NCBI GenBank assembly: GCA_041480425.1
Contig: JBGOZX010000005.1
Coordinates: forward strand, 2,568 to 66,567
Direction of reading: 5' to 3'
DNA from: Bacteroidia bacterium
GTDB taxonomy: Bacteria; Bacteroidota; Bacteroidia; Bacteroidales; VadinHA17
Length of the DNA: 64,000 bases
How positions within the stretch are numbered: position 1 is the first letter of the stretch; each line of letters begins with the position of its first letter. Below the pieces are notes generated by a model, which did not search any database, was not told where the DNA came from, and saw only the letters and a list, made by a program, of their open reading frames with translations. Positions 25,484-34,126 of the stretch are shown here, in pieces. A program made the translations under genes and the position numbers.

Positions 25484-26314
25484 GTGATAATGCTTAATAA
25501 CAAGAACATATATAAACCCATCAGGGCTGAACTGACAAATGTTATAGATGAATCATCTCTGATAAAAACTTTTGTCCTGATACCTGAAGAGGAGTTCTCG
25601 TTTAAAACAGGTCAGTTTATTGAATTATCAGTTGATGGAATCGGGGAAGCTCCGTTTACACCCTCCTCCTCCCCCCTTGTGAAAGAAAAACTTGAAGTAA
25701 CAGTAATGAAGACAGGCTATGTTACAGAATACATGCATGCTCTGAAACCCGGAATATACATGGGAATAAGAGGACCATATGGAAGAGGCTACCCGGTAGA
25801 GGTTTTTTTTGGTAAAGAAGTTCTTATTCTTGGTGGCGGTTGTGGTCTTGCTCCGATCAGGTCATTGCTTTACGCCCTTGAGAATATAAAAGACAATCTG
25901 GAAAAGGTTATCCTTTGTTACGGGTCTAAAACACCTTCAGATTGCATATATAAACCTCTTTTTGACCGTTTGAACAATACCCCAAAATTTGAAGCTTATC
26001 GCACAGTCGATAAAGCGGACGAAGAGTGGAATGGTTCCGTTGGAGTTGTAACTACTCTGCTCAATAAAATAAAGATCAATACAGAAAATTCCGTTGCAGT
26101 TGTTTGTGGCCCCCCGATCATGATGAAGTTCGGAACTATCAGGCTCCTTGAAATGGGATACAAAGATGATCAGATCTACCTTTCAATGGAAACTAACATG
26201 TCGTGCGGATTAGGTAAATGCGGGCATTGTATGCTGGGAGAATTTTTTGTCTGCAAGGATGGACCGGTTTTCACTTATAGTGAATTAAAAAGAACACCTG
26301 ACATATGGAAATAG
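25484..26314 (+). CDS. FAD/NAD(P)H-binding oxidoreductase with C-terminal [2Fe-2S], sulfhydrogenase gamma (HydG) / AsrB / PyrK-like
   Basis: FNR-like fold (GQFIELSV, LILGGGCGLAPI) and the C-terminal motif CGLGKCGHCMLGEFFVCKDGPVF. The start abuts the preceding stop. Confidence 0.75.
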   Translation: MIMLNNKNIYKPIRAELTNVIDESSLIKTFVLIPEEEFSFKTGQFIELSVDGIGEAPFTPSSSPLVKEKLEVTVMKTGYVTEYMHALKPGIYMGIRGPYGRGYPVEVFFGKEVLILGGGCGLAPIRSLLYALENIKDNLEKVILCYGSKTPSDCIYKPLFDRLNNTPKFEAYRTVDKADEEWNGSVGVVTTLLNKIKINTENSVAVVCGPPIMMKFGTIRLLEMGYKDDQIYLSMETNMSCGLGKCGHCMLGEFFVCKDGPVFTYSELKRTPDIWK

Positions 26315-26374
26315 CAAAATAATTCAGGTAATTAAACGAACTTAATTAATAAAGAATTAAAGAAAATAGATATC

Positions 26375-26830
26375 ATGAAACTGACAATAGATGAGTTGAA
26401 AAATATCCGGTTTTTTGACAACTATAATGATGAACAGTTGAAAATATTTATCGGAATCAGCTCTATAAAGGAATTCAAAGTAAAAGATATTTTGTTTGAA
26501 CAATATGATGAGCTTTCCGATGTTTATGTATTACTTGTAGGATGCTTATCCTTAGGAATAAGTCTGGCAAAAGAAAAGAGAATCCGCCTTGGGACATTAG
26601 AAGAAGGTCAGCTCTTTTCATGGTCTGCAGTTTTCAGTCCTCATATCTCTACGGCATGGGTAATGGCCACATGCCCTACAAAAGTACTGGCCATTGATGC
26701 CAAAAAACTCAATCTTGAGTTTGAAAAAAATTGTGAGTTTGGATTGAAAACAATGTCAAAAATTGCTCAGACTATTTCTCACCGGCTAAGTGATACAAGA
26801 TTCCAGCTTATGAACCAATTAACACTATAG
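26375..26830 (+). CDS. Stand-alone cyclic-nucleotide-binding-domain protein (no DNA-binding domain)
   Basis: 151 aa with a CAP/Crp-type beta-roll pattern (FFDNYNDEQL...ILFEQYDELSDVYVLLVG...LGTLEEGQLFSWSA). It ends after the C-helix. Confidence 0.6.
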   Translation: MKLTIDELKNIRFFDNYNDEQLKIFIGISSIKEFKVKDILFEQYDELSDVYVLLVGCLSLGISLAKEKRIRLGTLEEGQLFSWSAVFSPHISTAWVMATCPTKVLAIDAKKLNLEFEKNCEFGLKTMSKIAQTISHRLSDTRFQLMNQLTL

Positions 26831-26840
26831 TATTTCTATT

Positions 26841-27338
26841 ATGGATCAAAAAATCCTCATAGATCTGATTAAGTTACGCGAGATAATGACAGAGAATTGC
26901 GATCAGCCCTTGCCGGAAGCTTTATATTATCCGTCTCCCAATAGTAACGGGCTTAAGACAATCCGGGAACTTGCAGCATTCAGGTTCACGTGCAGAAAAT
27001 GTGAAGATGCTCCATGCATCAGTGTCTGTCCGGCTGATGCCCTGGAGAAAGATGAAGAGGGCATTATCTCAAGATATACAAATCTTTGTATCTCATGCAA
27101 ATCATGTGTGACCATCTGTCCTTTCGGAACTATGATGACTGACTTTTTTAAGCATCACAGGAATAAGGACCTGTTCTACGATCTGAAGGACGAAAAAGAA
27201 CTCATTAAATTTATTGAAGCTTGCCCTGAAGGAACAGTTTCGCTTATTGATTCCGATGAATCTCCCGAAAAAAATATTTTCAGGCTTAATGAAAAGGTAC
27301 TCATCAGGGAGCACCTATATGTAACTGAAAAACAGTAA
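26841..27338 (+). CDS. 2x[4Fe-4S] ferredoxin-like electron-transfer subunit (HycB-like)
   Basis: CRKCEDAPCISVCP and CISCKSCVTICP motifs. Confidence 0.7.
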   Translation: MDQKILIDLIKLREIMTENCDQPLPEALYYPSPNSNGLKTIRELAAFRFTCRKCEDAPCISVCPADALEKDEEGIISRYTNLCISCKSCVTICPFGTMMTDFFKHHRNKDLFYDLKDEKELIKFIEACPEGTVSLIDSDESPEKNIFRLNEKVLIREHLYVTEKQ

Positions 27339-27349
27339 ATAATATAACA

Positions 27350-28282
27350 ATGGCAGTTAATCTGTTTTACTTCCTTATCTTCCCCGGTCTGCTTTTTGCT
27401 GCAGTTACAGGCTGTTTCCTGTCATGGTTCGACAGGAAAATTACTGCCAGGGTCCAGTTCAGGAAGGGACCGCCTCTTCTGCAGCCTTTCTACGATTTTT
27501 TCAAACTATTATTAGTCAAGGAGACAATACTTCCTAAGTATGGTTCACCGCTGATATTTCTACTTGCACCTGTCTTCGCTGTTTTTGGTGCGACAATGGC
27601 AGGTGTCTTCATTCTTCTACCATTATTTAATATAACCACTGGTTTTAAAGGTGATCTGCTGGTGATCTTTTATCTTTTGACAATCCCTTCATTCTCATAT
27701 ATTATTGGCTCGCTGGCATCAGGAAATCCTCTTGCTGCAGTTGGTGGATCGAGGGAGATGAAACTGATCCTCAGCTACGAATTGACATTCATTCTCTTCA
27801 TTGCCGGGATAATAATGAAATGCGGGCAACAGTTTGACCTGTACAGCATTATACAGACTCAGCAGGCTGGGACTCCTTTTATCGGCAGCATCTCAGGAGG
27901 ACTGCTATTTATTGTCGGAGTTTTTTGTATCCAGGCAAAACTGGCTCTTGTGCCGTTCGACATGCCTGAAGCAGAAGCTGAAATTACCGAGGGTATTTTT
28001 ATTGAATATTCCGGATCGGCATACGCAATGATTAAACTTACAAAATATATAATGATGTTTATTCTTCCGGCCCTGTTGGTTGCGTTGCTGATGAGTGGTT
28101 TCAGGTTGGATGGAATCCATATTTTATGGGCTGTGTTAAAAGTCATGGGGATTGTTCTGCTTCTTACTCTGATAAGGAACACAAATCCCAGGATCAAAAT
28201 CAAACAGGCTGTCAACTTTTTCCTGGTTTGGATGAACCTGCTTGCAGTTATTGCACTTGTATTGATTTCGTTTGGTTATTAA
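27350..28282 (+). CDS. NuoH/HycD/MbhM-like membrane subunit
   Basis: Polytopic membrane protein with RKITARVQFRKGPP (the NuoH signature) and EAEAEITEG. Confidence 0.85.
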   Translation: MAVNLFYFLIFPGLLFAAVTGCFLSWFDRKITARVQFRKGPPLLQPFYDFFKLLLVKETILPKYGSPLIFLLAPVFAVFGATMAGVFILLPLFNITTGFKGDLLVIFYLLTIPSFSYIIGSLASGNPLAAVGGSREMKLILSYELTFILFIAGIIMKCGQQFDLYSIIQTQQAGTPFIGSISGGLLFIVGVFCIQAKLALVPFDMPEAEAEITEGIFIEYSGSAYAMIKLTKYIMMFILPALLVALLMSGFRLDGIHILWAVLKVMGIVLLLTLIRNTNPRIKIKQAVNFFLVWMNLLAVIALVLISFGY

Positions 28283-28307
28283 CTGTGTGTAATAAATACT
28301 TATAGTT

Positions 28308-28721
28308 GTGGGATTTAAAAGTTATTGCTTCAAAAAATCACTCTGGGTCTTCCACTTTGGAGGCGCTTCATGCAATAATTGTGATATCGAGATCCTTGAT
28401 TGTCTGACACCACGACACGATCTGGAGCGTTTCGGTATTCTGCTCGTTGGAAGCATCAGGCATGCAGATGTTCTGCTGGTGAACGGATCGATAAACATCC
28501 GCGACAGGGAGAGACTGATTGAGGTTTATAACCAGGCACCAAAGCCAATTCTTGTGGTCGCTATTGGTGCCTGCGGGTGCACCGGAGGGATTTTTACCGA
28601 AAGTTACACGTTTGCAGGTCCTGTCGACAAGATAATCCCTGTAAATGCTTATATCCCAGGGTGTCCTCCAAAACCTGAAGCTATAATTGCAGGTATTGTT
28701 AAACTAATTCAGAATACATAG
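28308..28721 (+). CDS. [NiFe] hydrogenase small subunit, NuoB/MbhJ/HycG-like
   Basis: GTG start. Proximal-cluster Cys pattern SCNNCDIE, GACGCTGG and IPGCPPKPE. Confidence 0.85.
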   Translation: MGFKSYCFKKSLWVFHFGGASCNNCDIEILDCLTPRHDLERFGILLVGSIRHADVLLVNGSINIRDRERLIEVYNQAPKPILVVAIGACGCTGGIFTESYTFAGPVDKIIPVNAYIPGCPPKPEAIIAGIVKLIQNT

Positions 28722-28779
28722 GTACGAGGTGTGCGGTATGAGGTGCGAGGAAGATTGACTAAATAGGAATTTGAGAAAA

Positions 28780-29232
28780 ATGGAAACAGAGTTGATCATA
28801 GAAAAATTCAAAGAAAAATTCAATTCTGATATTCTTGAGATATCAGAAAAGAATCAGAGACGTATGATCATTACAATAAGGCCTAATTCGATTATTAGTG
28901 TTGCGGATTATTTATATCAAACAGCAGGGTTCAGATTTATAATTGCTTCAGCCCTGCATACAAAAAAAGGATTTGAGATCCATTATCATTTCAGTAAAGA
29001 TGAAGCAGGATTGATACTTAACATACATGTGGTACTAGACAGAAAGAATCCACAGATTGAATCTCTGTCGAATATGTTTAACGCATCAAACTGGATAGAG
29101 AGGGAGATGCATGAGCTTTTTGGTATCAATTTCCTGAATCACCCTAACCAGGATAAACTGATATCAGAAGGGAACTGGGCAGAAGGAGTATATCCTCTTC
29201 GTAAAGAGTTTAAATCAACCACTGAGGAATAA
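28780..29232 (+). CDS. NuoC/MbhK-like subunit
   Basis: NWIEREMHELFGINF motif. The ATG at 28780 is preferred over the TTG at 28771. Confidence 0.8.
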   Translation: METELIIEKFKEKFNSDILEISEKNQRRMIITIRPNSIISVADYLYQTAGFRFIIASALHTKKGFEIHYHFSKDEAGLILNIHVVLDRKNPQIESLSNMFNASNWIEREMHELFGINFLNHPNQDKLISEGNWAEGVYPLRKEFKSTTEE

Positions 29233-29234
29233 GA

Positions 29235-30440
29235 ATGAGCAGAAAAACTCTTATACCAATTGGACCTTATCATCCATTGCAGGAGGAACCGGAATTATTC
29301 AAACTGTTTTGTGACGGTGAGATAGTGAAGGATATACAATGGGTGACCGGTTATAATCACAGAGGTATTGAAAAACTCAGTGAATCAAAGACTTATGAAC
29401 AGGTATTTTTCCTTGTAGAACGGATTTGCGGGATTTGCTCCACTTCGCACCCTTTTGCTTTTGCTAATGCAGTGGAGGAAATAGCCGGGATTGAAATAAC
29501 CAACAGAACAAAATATATCCGGTCTATAATCGGCGAACTTGAACGTATCCATAGTCACCTGCTGTGGGTGGGACTCGCAGGACATTTTCTCGGATACAAT
29601 ACTGTTTTCATGTGGGCATGGAAGTATCGCGAACCGGTACTCGACCTTTTTGAAATGATATCAGGTAACAGGAACAGCTATGCTATGTTCAAAGTCGGTG
29701 GTGTTCGCCGCGACATTGAGAATAGTAAGATTAATGCTATTCGCAAGGTTATGAACGATGTTAAGAAAAAAACTGACCTTCTTGCAGGTGCTGTTATGGA
29801 TGATCCTGTCATTCATGCCAGAACAAAAGGAGTCGGCATTCTGACAAAGCAGGATGTAATTGATTATGCTGCTGTTGGCCCGACTGCAAGAGCCTCCGGA
29901 GTGGGTATCGATGTAAGAAAAGATGATCCATATGCTGCCTATCCGATGGTCAACTGGAAAGTTATTACAGCCGAAGCCGGTGATGTATTTGCCAAGGCAG
30001 AGGTCAGACTACTGGAGATGTACGAATCAATTTCGATAATTGAACAATGTCTTGAGGGTCTGGAAAAAGAAAAAGAGGGAGATATAACGGTAAAAGTCAA
30101 GGAGATACCGGAGGGCATCGGGAATGGCCGTGCAGAAGCACCCAGGGGCGAAGTATTTCATTTTGTCGTATCTGATGGTTCCAATTCACCTGCAAGACAT
30201 AAAATACGTGCTCCGAGTTATGTCAATATAGCCACTTTTAAAAAATCATGCATAGGTCAGACTATTGCTGATGCGACAATTTCGCTAGCAGCAGTCGATC
30301 CATGCTACTGCTGCACCGAAAGAATGGCAGTTGCTTATGATATTAATTCAGGCGAGAAAATAATGAATGCCAGAGAGTTGATTGATTTATCATTAATGAG
30401 GTCGGAGGAATTAAAGAAAAAACTTAACAGATTAATATGA
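29235..30440 (+). CDS. Group-4 [NiFe] hydrogenase large subunit (NuoD/MbhL/HycE-like)
   Basis: L1 motif RICGICSTSH and L2 motif DPCYCCTER, so all four Ni-Fe Cys ligands are present. A 38-aa tail follows the L2 motif. Confidence 0.9.
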   Translation: MSRKTLIPIGPYHPLQEEPELFKLFCDGEIVKDIQWVTGYNHRGIEKLSESKTYEQVFFLVERICGICSTSHPFAFANAVEEIAGIEITNRTKYIRSIIGELERIHSHLLWVGLAGHFLGYNTVFMWAWKYREPVLDLFEMISGNRNSYAMFKVGGVRRDIENSKINAIRKVMNDVKKKTDLLAGAVMDDPVIHARTKGVGILTKQDVIDYAAVGPTARASGVGIDVRKDDPYAAYPMVNWKVITAEAGDVFAKAEVRLLEMYESISIIEQCLEGLEKEKEGDITVKVKEIPEGIGNGRAEAPRGEVFHFVVSDGSNSPARHKIRAPSYVNIATFKKSCIGQTIADATISLAAVDPCYCCTERMAVAYDINSGEKIMNARELIDLSLMRSEELKKKLNRLI

Positions 30441-32296
30441 ATGAGATTATCAGCATAATATTATTGCCGGTCGTAACCGGACTGCTGCTTTTCTTCGTTC
30501 CTGACAAACTGAGAACTGTCAAAGGGATTATTGCACTGATAATCAGCATAATTACAGGTTACCTGACAGTTGTGATATATGGTTCAGAATATCATTTGGG
30601 AACCATTGATGAAATATCCGGCGGGTCAGGTTTGTTATTTTCCGGTTTTGATTTTCTGAAAGATGCTGCCAGATACCTTACATTTAACATCGACAATCTC
30701 AGTAAGCTTATCATATTGTTTATCAGTATTTTTGCCTTGCTGATCCTGTTATATTCACTTGTTTATATCAAGAAAGGAAGAGTCAAAAACTATTATCCAT
30801 ACTTCCTTATCACAATTGGTTGTTCATATGGAGCAGTATTTTCTGACAATCTTCTATTATTCCTTTTGTTCTGGGGAATACTGGGGATAACACTCTATAA
30901 GCTAATCCCCGGGCGTAATGAAGAGAGTTCTGCAACTGCAAAGAAAACACTTATTTTAATCGGGGCATCTGATACGATAATGATAATCGGTATTGCAATA
31001 ATCTGGAGGCTGACCGGATCATTAAGCATGAACAGCATCTCCTTACCAACTACCAACATTATTTCAGTAACAGCATTTCTTGCTCTGCTGGTCGGAAGTT
31101 TCACAAAAGCAGGTGCCTTCCCTTTTCACACATGGGTTCCTGATTATGCTAAAGATGCTCCGGCATCCTCATCTGCCCTGCTTCCAGCTTCACTCGATAA
31201 ACTACTCGGGATATACTTCCTCGCCAGGATCACAACCAGTATGTTCGTTCTTAATGAAGCGATGACTTTCTTGCTTCTGTTAACAGGGGTTATAACAATC
31301 ATAATTGCTGTTATGATGGCCCTTATTCAGCATAATTACAAACGATTGCTCGGATTCCACGCAGTATCCCAGGTTGGATACATGATCCTTGGATTTGGTC
31401 TGGGCTCAACAATTGGAATTGCTGCCGGTCTTTTCCACATGATTAACCATGCTCTTTATAAGAGCGGACTGTTCCTATCTGCTGGAAGTATTGAGTACCG
31501 TACAGGTGAAGAAAATATTGATGAACTTGGAGGTCTTTCCAGAGCAATGCCTGTTACTTTCTTTGCATCTCTGGTTTTTGCAATGTCAATTTCAGGGGTT
31601 CCTCCCCTAAACGGTTTCGCCTCAAAATGGATGATCTACCAGGGAATAATCGAATTTGGCAGCGGATCCGGTCTGGTAAATAAACTCTGGATCTTATGGT
31701 TAGGATTAGCTGTGCTAGGTTCAGCCTTAACGCTTGCCAGCTTCATCAAGTTCATCGGGGGAATTTTCCTGAGCCGTCGTAAAACTAGTTTTGAAAAAGT
31801 CAGGGAGGTACCTTTTTTGATGTGGATGCCATTAGTAATTCTTGCATTGTTCTGTATTGTCTTTGGTGTATTGGCGACAAACTTAATAGTGCCAAAGCTT
31901 TTTATGCCGGTATCGGGTGAATTCCAGTTTATCGGATTCTGGAATTCCACTTTTGTATCCCTGCTTGTACTGATCTCAATTATTCTCGGGATTATTGTCT
32001 ACCTAGCAACGAATATTAAAAAGTTCAGAACTGATGATAGTTTTATTGGTGGTGAAAAAATTCAGGATCAGACCAGTTATCCTACTCCGGAATTCTACAA
32101 AACGATCGGAGAATTCGGATTTTTTTCGTGGATGTATAAAAAGGCTGAAGAGAAGTGGTTTGATATTTATGACATTTCAAAGAAGTTTGTTCTCTGGTTT
32201 AGCCATCAATTGAGTGAAGCTCACACTGGTGTTTTACCCGGCTATGTAATCTGGGTTTTTGCAGGATTAATTATTATGCTACTCATTATGATATAA
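30437..32296 (+). CDS. NuoL/MrpA-N/HycC-like antiporter-type membrane subunit
   Basis: 619 aa and polytopic. Motifs WVPDYAKDAP, HAVSQVGYM and HMINHALYKSGLFL. Confidence 0.85.
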   Translation: MNEIISIILLPVVTGLLLFFVPDKLRTVKGIIALIISIITGYLTVVIYGSEYHLGTIDEISGGSGLLFSGFDFLKDAARYLTFNIDNLSKLIILFISIFALLILLYSLVYIKKGRVKNYYPYFLITIGCSYGAVFSDNLLLFLLFWGILGITLYKLIPGRNEESSATAKKTLILIGASDTIMIIGIAIIWRLTGSLSMNSISLPTTNIISVTAFLALLVGSFTKAGAFPFHTWVPDYAKDAPASSSALLPASLDKLLGIYFLARITTSMFVLNEAMTFLLLLTGVITIIIAVMMALIQHNYKRLLGFHAVSQVGYMILGFGLGSTIGIAAGLFHMINHALYKSGLFLSAGSIEYRTGEENIDELGGLSRAMPVTFFASLVFAMSISGVPPLNGFASKWMIYQGIIEFGSGSGLVNKLWILWLGLAVLGSALTLASFIKFIGGIFLSRRKTSFEKVREVPFLMWMPLVILALFCIVFGVLATNLIVPKLFMPVSGEFQFIGFWNSTFVSLLVLISIILGIIVYLATNIKKFRTDDSFIGGEKIQDQTSYPTPEFYKTIGEFGFFSWMYKKAEEKWFDIYDISKKFVLWFSHQLSEAHTGVLPGYVIWVFAGLIIMLLIMI

Positions 32297-32311
32297 TTAA
32301 TAAAAGCTGAA

Positions 32312-32839
32312 ATGGACCTGGCCATATCGATAATTGTAGGACTCATGATTCTAGGGGCGCTGTATGCTATCCATGCAAAGGATCTGCTTTCATCAGTAAT
32401 AGCTTGTGGTATTGTAGGTTACAGCTTAGTTATATGTTTCCTGTTGCTGAAAGCTCCCGACCTGGCAATTGTTCAGATCGTAGTTGATACAATAACTCTG
32501 ATCATTATGGTTGCAGTTGTCCTCGACAGTTCGAGGGAGGAATCATATTCAAAACTTGACACACAGGGATATATTTCAGCAGTAACTGGTATTTTAATGA
32601 TAATGATATTCCTTTATTTCTTTGCTGTTTCAATCCAGTCACTTGATGTTCTTGGGAAAAGCTCGTTACGAATGGCAGAATACTATATTGAAGGTGCTGC
32701 ACAAAAAACAGGTAGTGCAAATCTGGTTACTGGTGTTGTATTTGACTTCAGGGGTTACGATACTATGGGTGAAGCGGTTGTCCTTGTAACGGCTGTATTA
32801 GGGGTACTTACAATTTTAAGATTAAAAGGTAAAAAATAG
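32312..32839 (+). CDS. MrpA C-terminal-like subunit (MbhD/MbhE-like)
   Basis: DUF4040-like helices (DLAIVQIVVDT) followed by NLVTGVVFDFRGYDTMGE. Confidence 0.7.
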   Translation: MDLAISIIVGLMILGALYAIHAKDLLSSVIACGIVGYSLVICFLLLKAPDLAIVQIVVDTITLIIMVAVVLDSSREESYSKLDTQGYISAVTGILMIMIFLYFFAVSIQSLDVLGKSSLRMAEYYIEGAAQKTGSANLVTGVVFDFRGYDTMGEAVVLVTAVLGVLTILRLKGKK

Positions 32840-32859
32840 AAGAATGTTATTTGGATATC

Positions 32860-32872
32860 GAACAAGGATTAA
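32860..32872. repeat. Left arm of the 13-bp perfect inverted repeat flanking the four-helix-bundle gene
   Basis: GAACAAGGATTAA is the exact reverse complement of 33296-33308. Confidence 0.8.
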
Positions 32873-32882
32873 AGAATGAAGA

Positions 32883-33272
32883 ATGACGATTAGTAAGATT
32901 AACAAAATTGATTTGGAAGAGCGGCTAATAAATTTTGCCGTGCTGATTGTCGAAATATGTGAGAATATGAAGGATACAAAATCCTCAAATCACATGGCTG
33001 GACAATTAATCCGTTCCGGGACATCACCTGCATTGAACTATGGTGAAGCTCAGAGTGGTGAATCCAGAAAAGATTTTATTCATAAAATCAAAATCGTTCT
33101 AAAAGAACTAAGAGAGAGTTTTGTGTGCCTGAAGATTATCCATTGAAGCAAACTATGTAAATCGGAAGAGAAAATAAAACAGGCAATGAATGAGAATAAT
33201 GAATTAATCTCAATTTTTGTTAAGAGCGTAGAAACGGCACAGAAAAACCTAAAAAATGAAACTCATACATAA
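32883..33272 (+). pseudogene. Four-helix-bundle protein gene (23S rRNA intervening-sequence protein / Avd family) interrupted by an in-frame TGA
   Basis: QLIRSGTSPALNYGEAQSGESRKDFIHKIKIVLKELRES matches the family core. There is a TGA at 33144-33146. The same frame continues 41 more codons (SKLCKSEEKIKQAMNENNELISIFVKSVETAQKN...), which looks like the normal C-terminal helix. Confidence 0.7.
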
Positions 33273-33295
33273 AATAATTCTAAAATCTTAAATCG

Positions 33296-33308
33296 TTAAT
33301 CCTTGTTC
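33296..33308. repeat. Right arm of the 13-bp perfect inverted repeat flanking the four-helix-bundle gene
   Basis: TTAATCCTTGTTC. The adjacent AATCG (33291-33295) also pairs with CGATT at 32887-32891. Confidence 0.8.
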
Positions 33309-33350
33309 TTAAATCAATTATGAACTCTTAAAAATATAGACCAGACTCCA

Positions 33351-33788
33351 ATGAAAGGGATGACTTTAATAGTAAAAAAGACTACTCAGCTTATCGCTGG
33401 TATGATTTTCATGTACGGAATTTATGTCATAGTGCATGGTCATCTTACGCCCGGCGGAGGCTTCGCAGGAGGAGTTATTATTGCAGGTTCATTTATCCTC
33501 GTAACACTTGCATATGGCGGTGATTTTATGAAGCTTGTAAAAGAAGAGGCAGGGACTACCATTGTTGAAAGTTTAGCTACCATCATGGTAATAATAATTG
33601 CCACAGCAGGTTTTTTATTTGGGACGAAAATCTTTTTTAACAATTTTCTTCCTAAAGGAGTTGTCGGACAACTTGTAAGTGCCGGTGTTTTACCCCTTTA
33701 CAATATTTTTATTGGAACCGAGGTTGCTGCATCAATATTTATAATATTTCTTTCACTAATAATCTTTAAGGAGGAGTCACCGCAATGA
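33351..33788 (+). CDS. MrpB/MnhB-like subunit
   Basis: The HGHLTPGGGFAGG motif near the N-terminus matches the MrpB signature GHNxPGGGFxGG. Confidence 0.8.
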   Translation: MKGMTLIVKKTTQLIAGMIFMYGIYVIVHGHLTPGGGFAGGVIIAGSFILVTLAYGGDFMKLVKEEAGTTIVESLATIMVIIIATAGFLFGTKIFFNNFLPKGVVGQLVSAGVLPLYNIFIGTEVAASIFIIFLSLIIFKEESPQ

Positions 33789-34123
33789 TCGCATATATAA
33801 TGTGTTTCATATTATTTCTTGTTGGATTGTACGGGGTAATAACCAGGAGAAACCTGGTTAAAATAGCAGTTTCACTAACAATAATGGAAATAAGCACCTT
33901 CCTTTTCTTTGCTCTTATCGGATACATCGACGGAGGTGTTGCACCAATAGTAGACCCCGCTGATCCGGTAAAAGTATATGTCGACCCGTTACCACAGGCT
34001 TTGGTACTCACGGCTATCGTAATCGGACTGGCAACAACCTCAATGCTTATGGCGGTCATTATCAGGCTTTACAGAAAGTACGGGACATTCGATATCAGAG
34101 AGATTAAAAATTTAAGAGGATAA
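33785..34123 (+). CDS. MrpC/MnhC/NuoK-like subunit
   Basis: 112 aa, 3 TM helices, 4-nt overlap with the preceding gene. Confidence 0.75.
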   Translation: MIAYIMCFILFLVGLYGVITRRNLVKIAVSLTIMEISTFLFFALIGYIDGGVAPIVDPADPVKVYVDPLPQALVLTAIVIGLATTSMLMAVIIRLYRKYGTFDIREIKNLRG

Positions 34124-34126
34124 AAA

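Noticed and set aside
33144-33146. In-frame TGA as selenocysteine
   Set aside because: This protein family has no redox-active Cys at this position, and I found no obvious SECIS-like hairpin immediately downstream. A nonsense mutation or readthrough is more parsimonious.
32883-33272. Four-helix-bundle gene as the Avd accessory protein of a diversity-generating retroelement
   Set aside because: The family is shared with DGR Avd proteins, but no reverse transcriptase gene and no template/variable repeat pair is present anywhere in the window.
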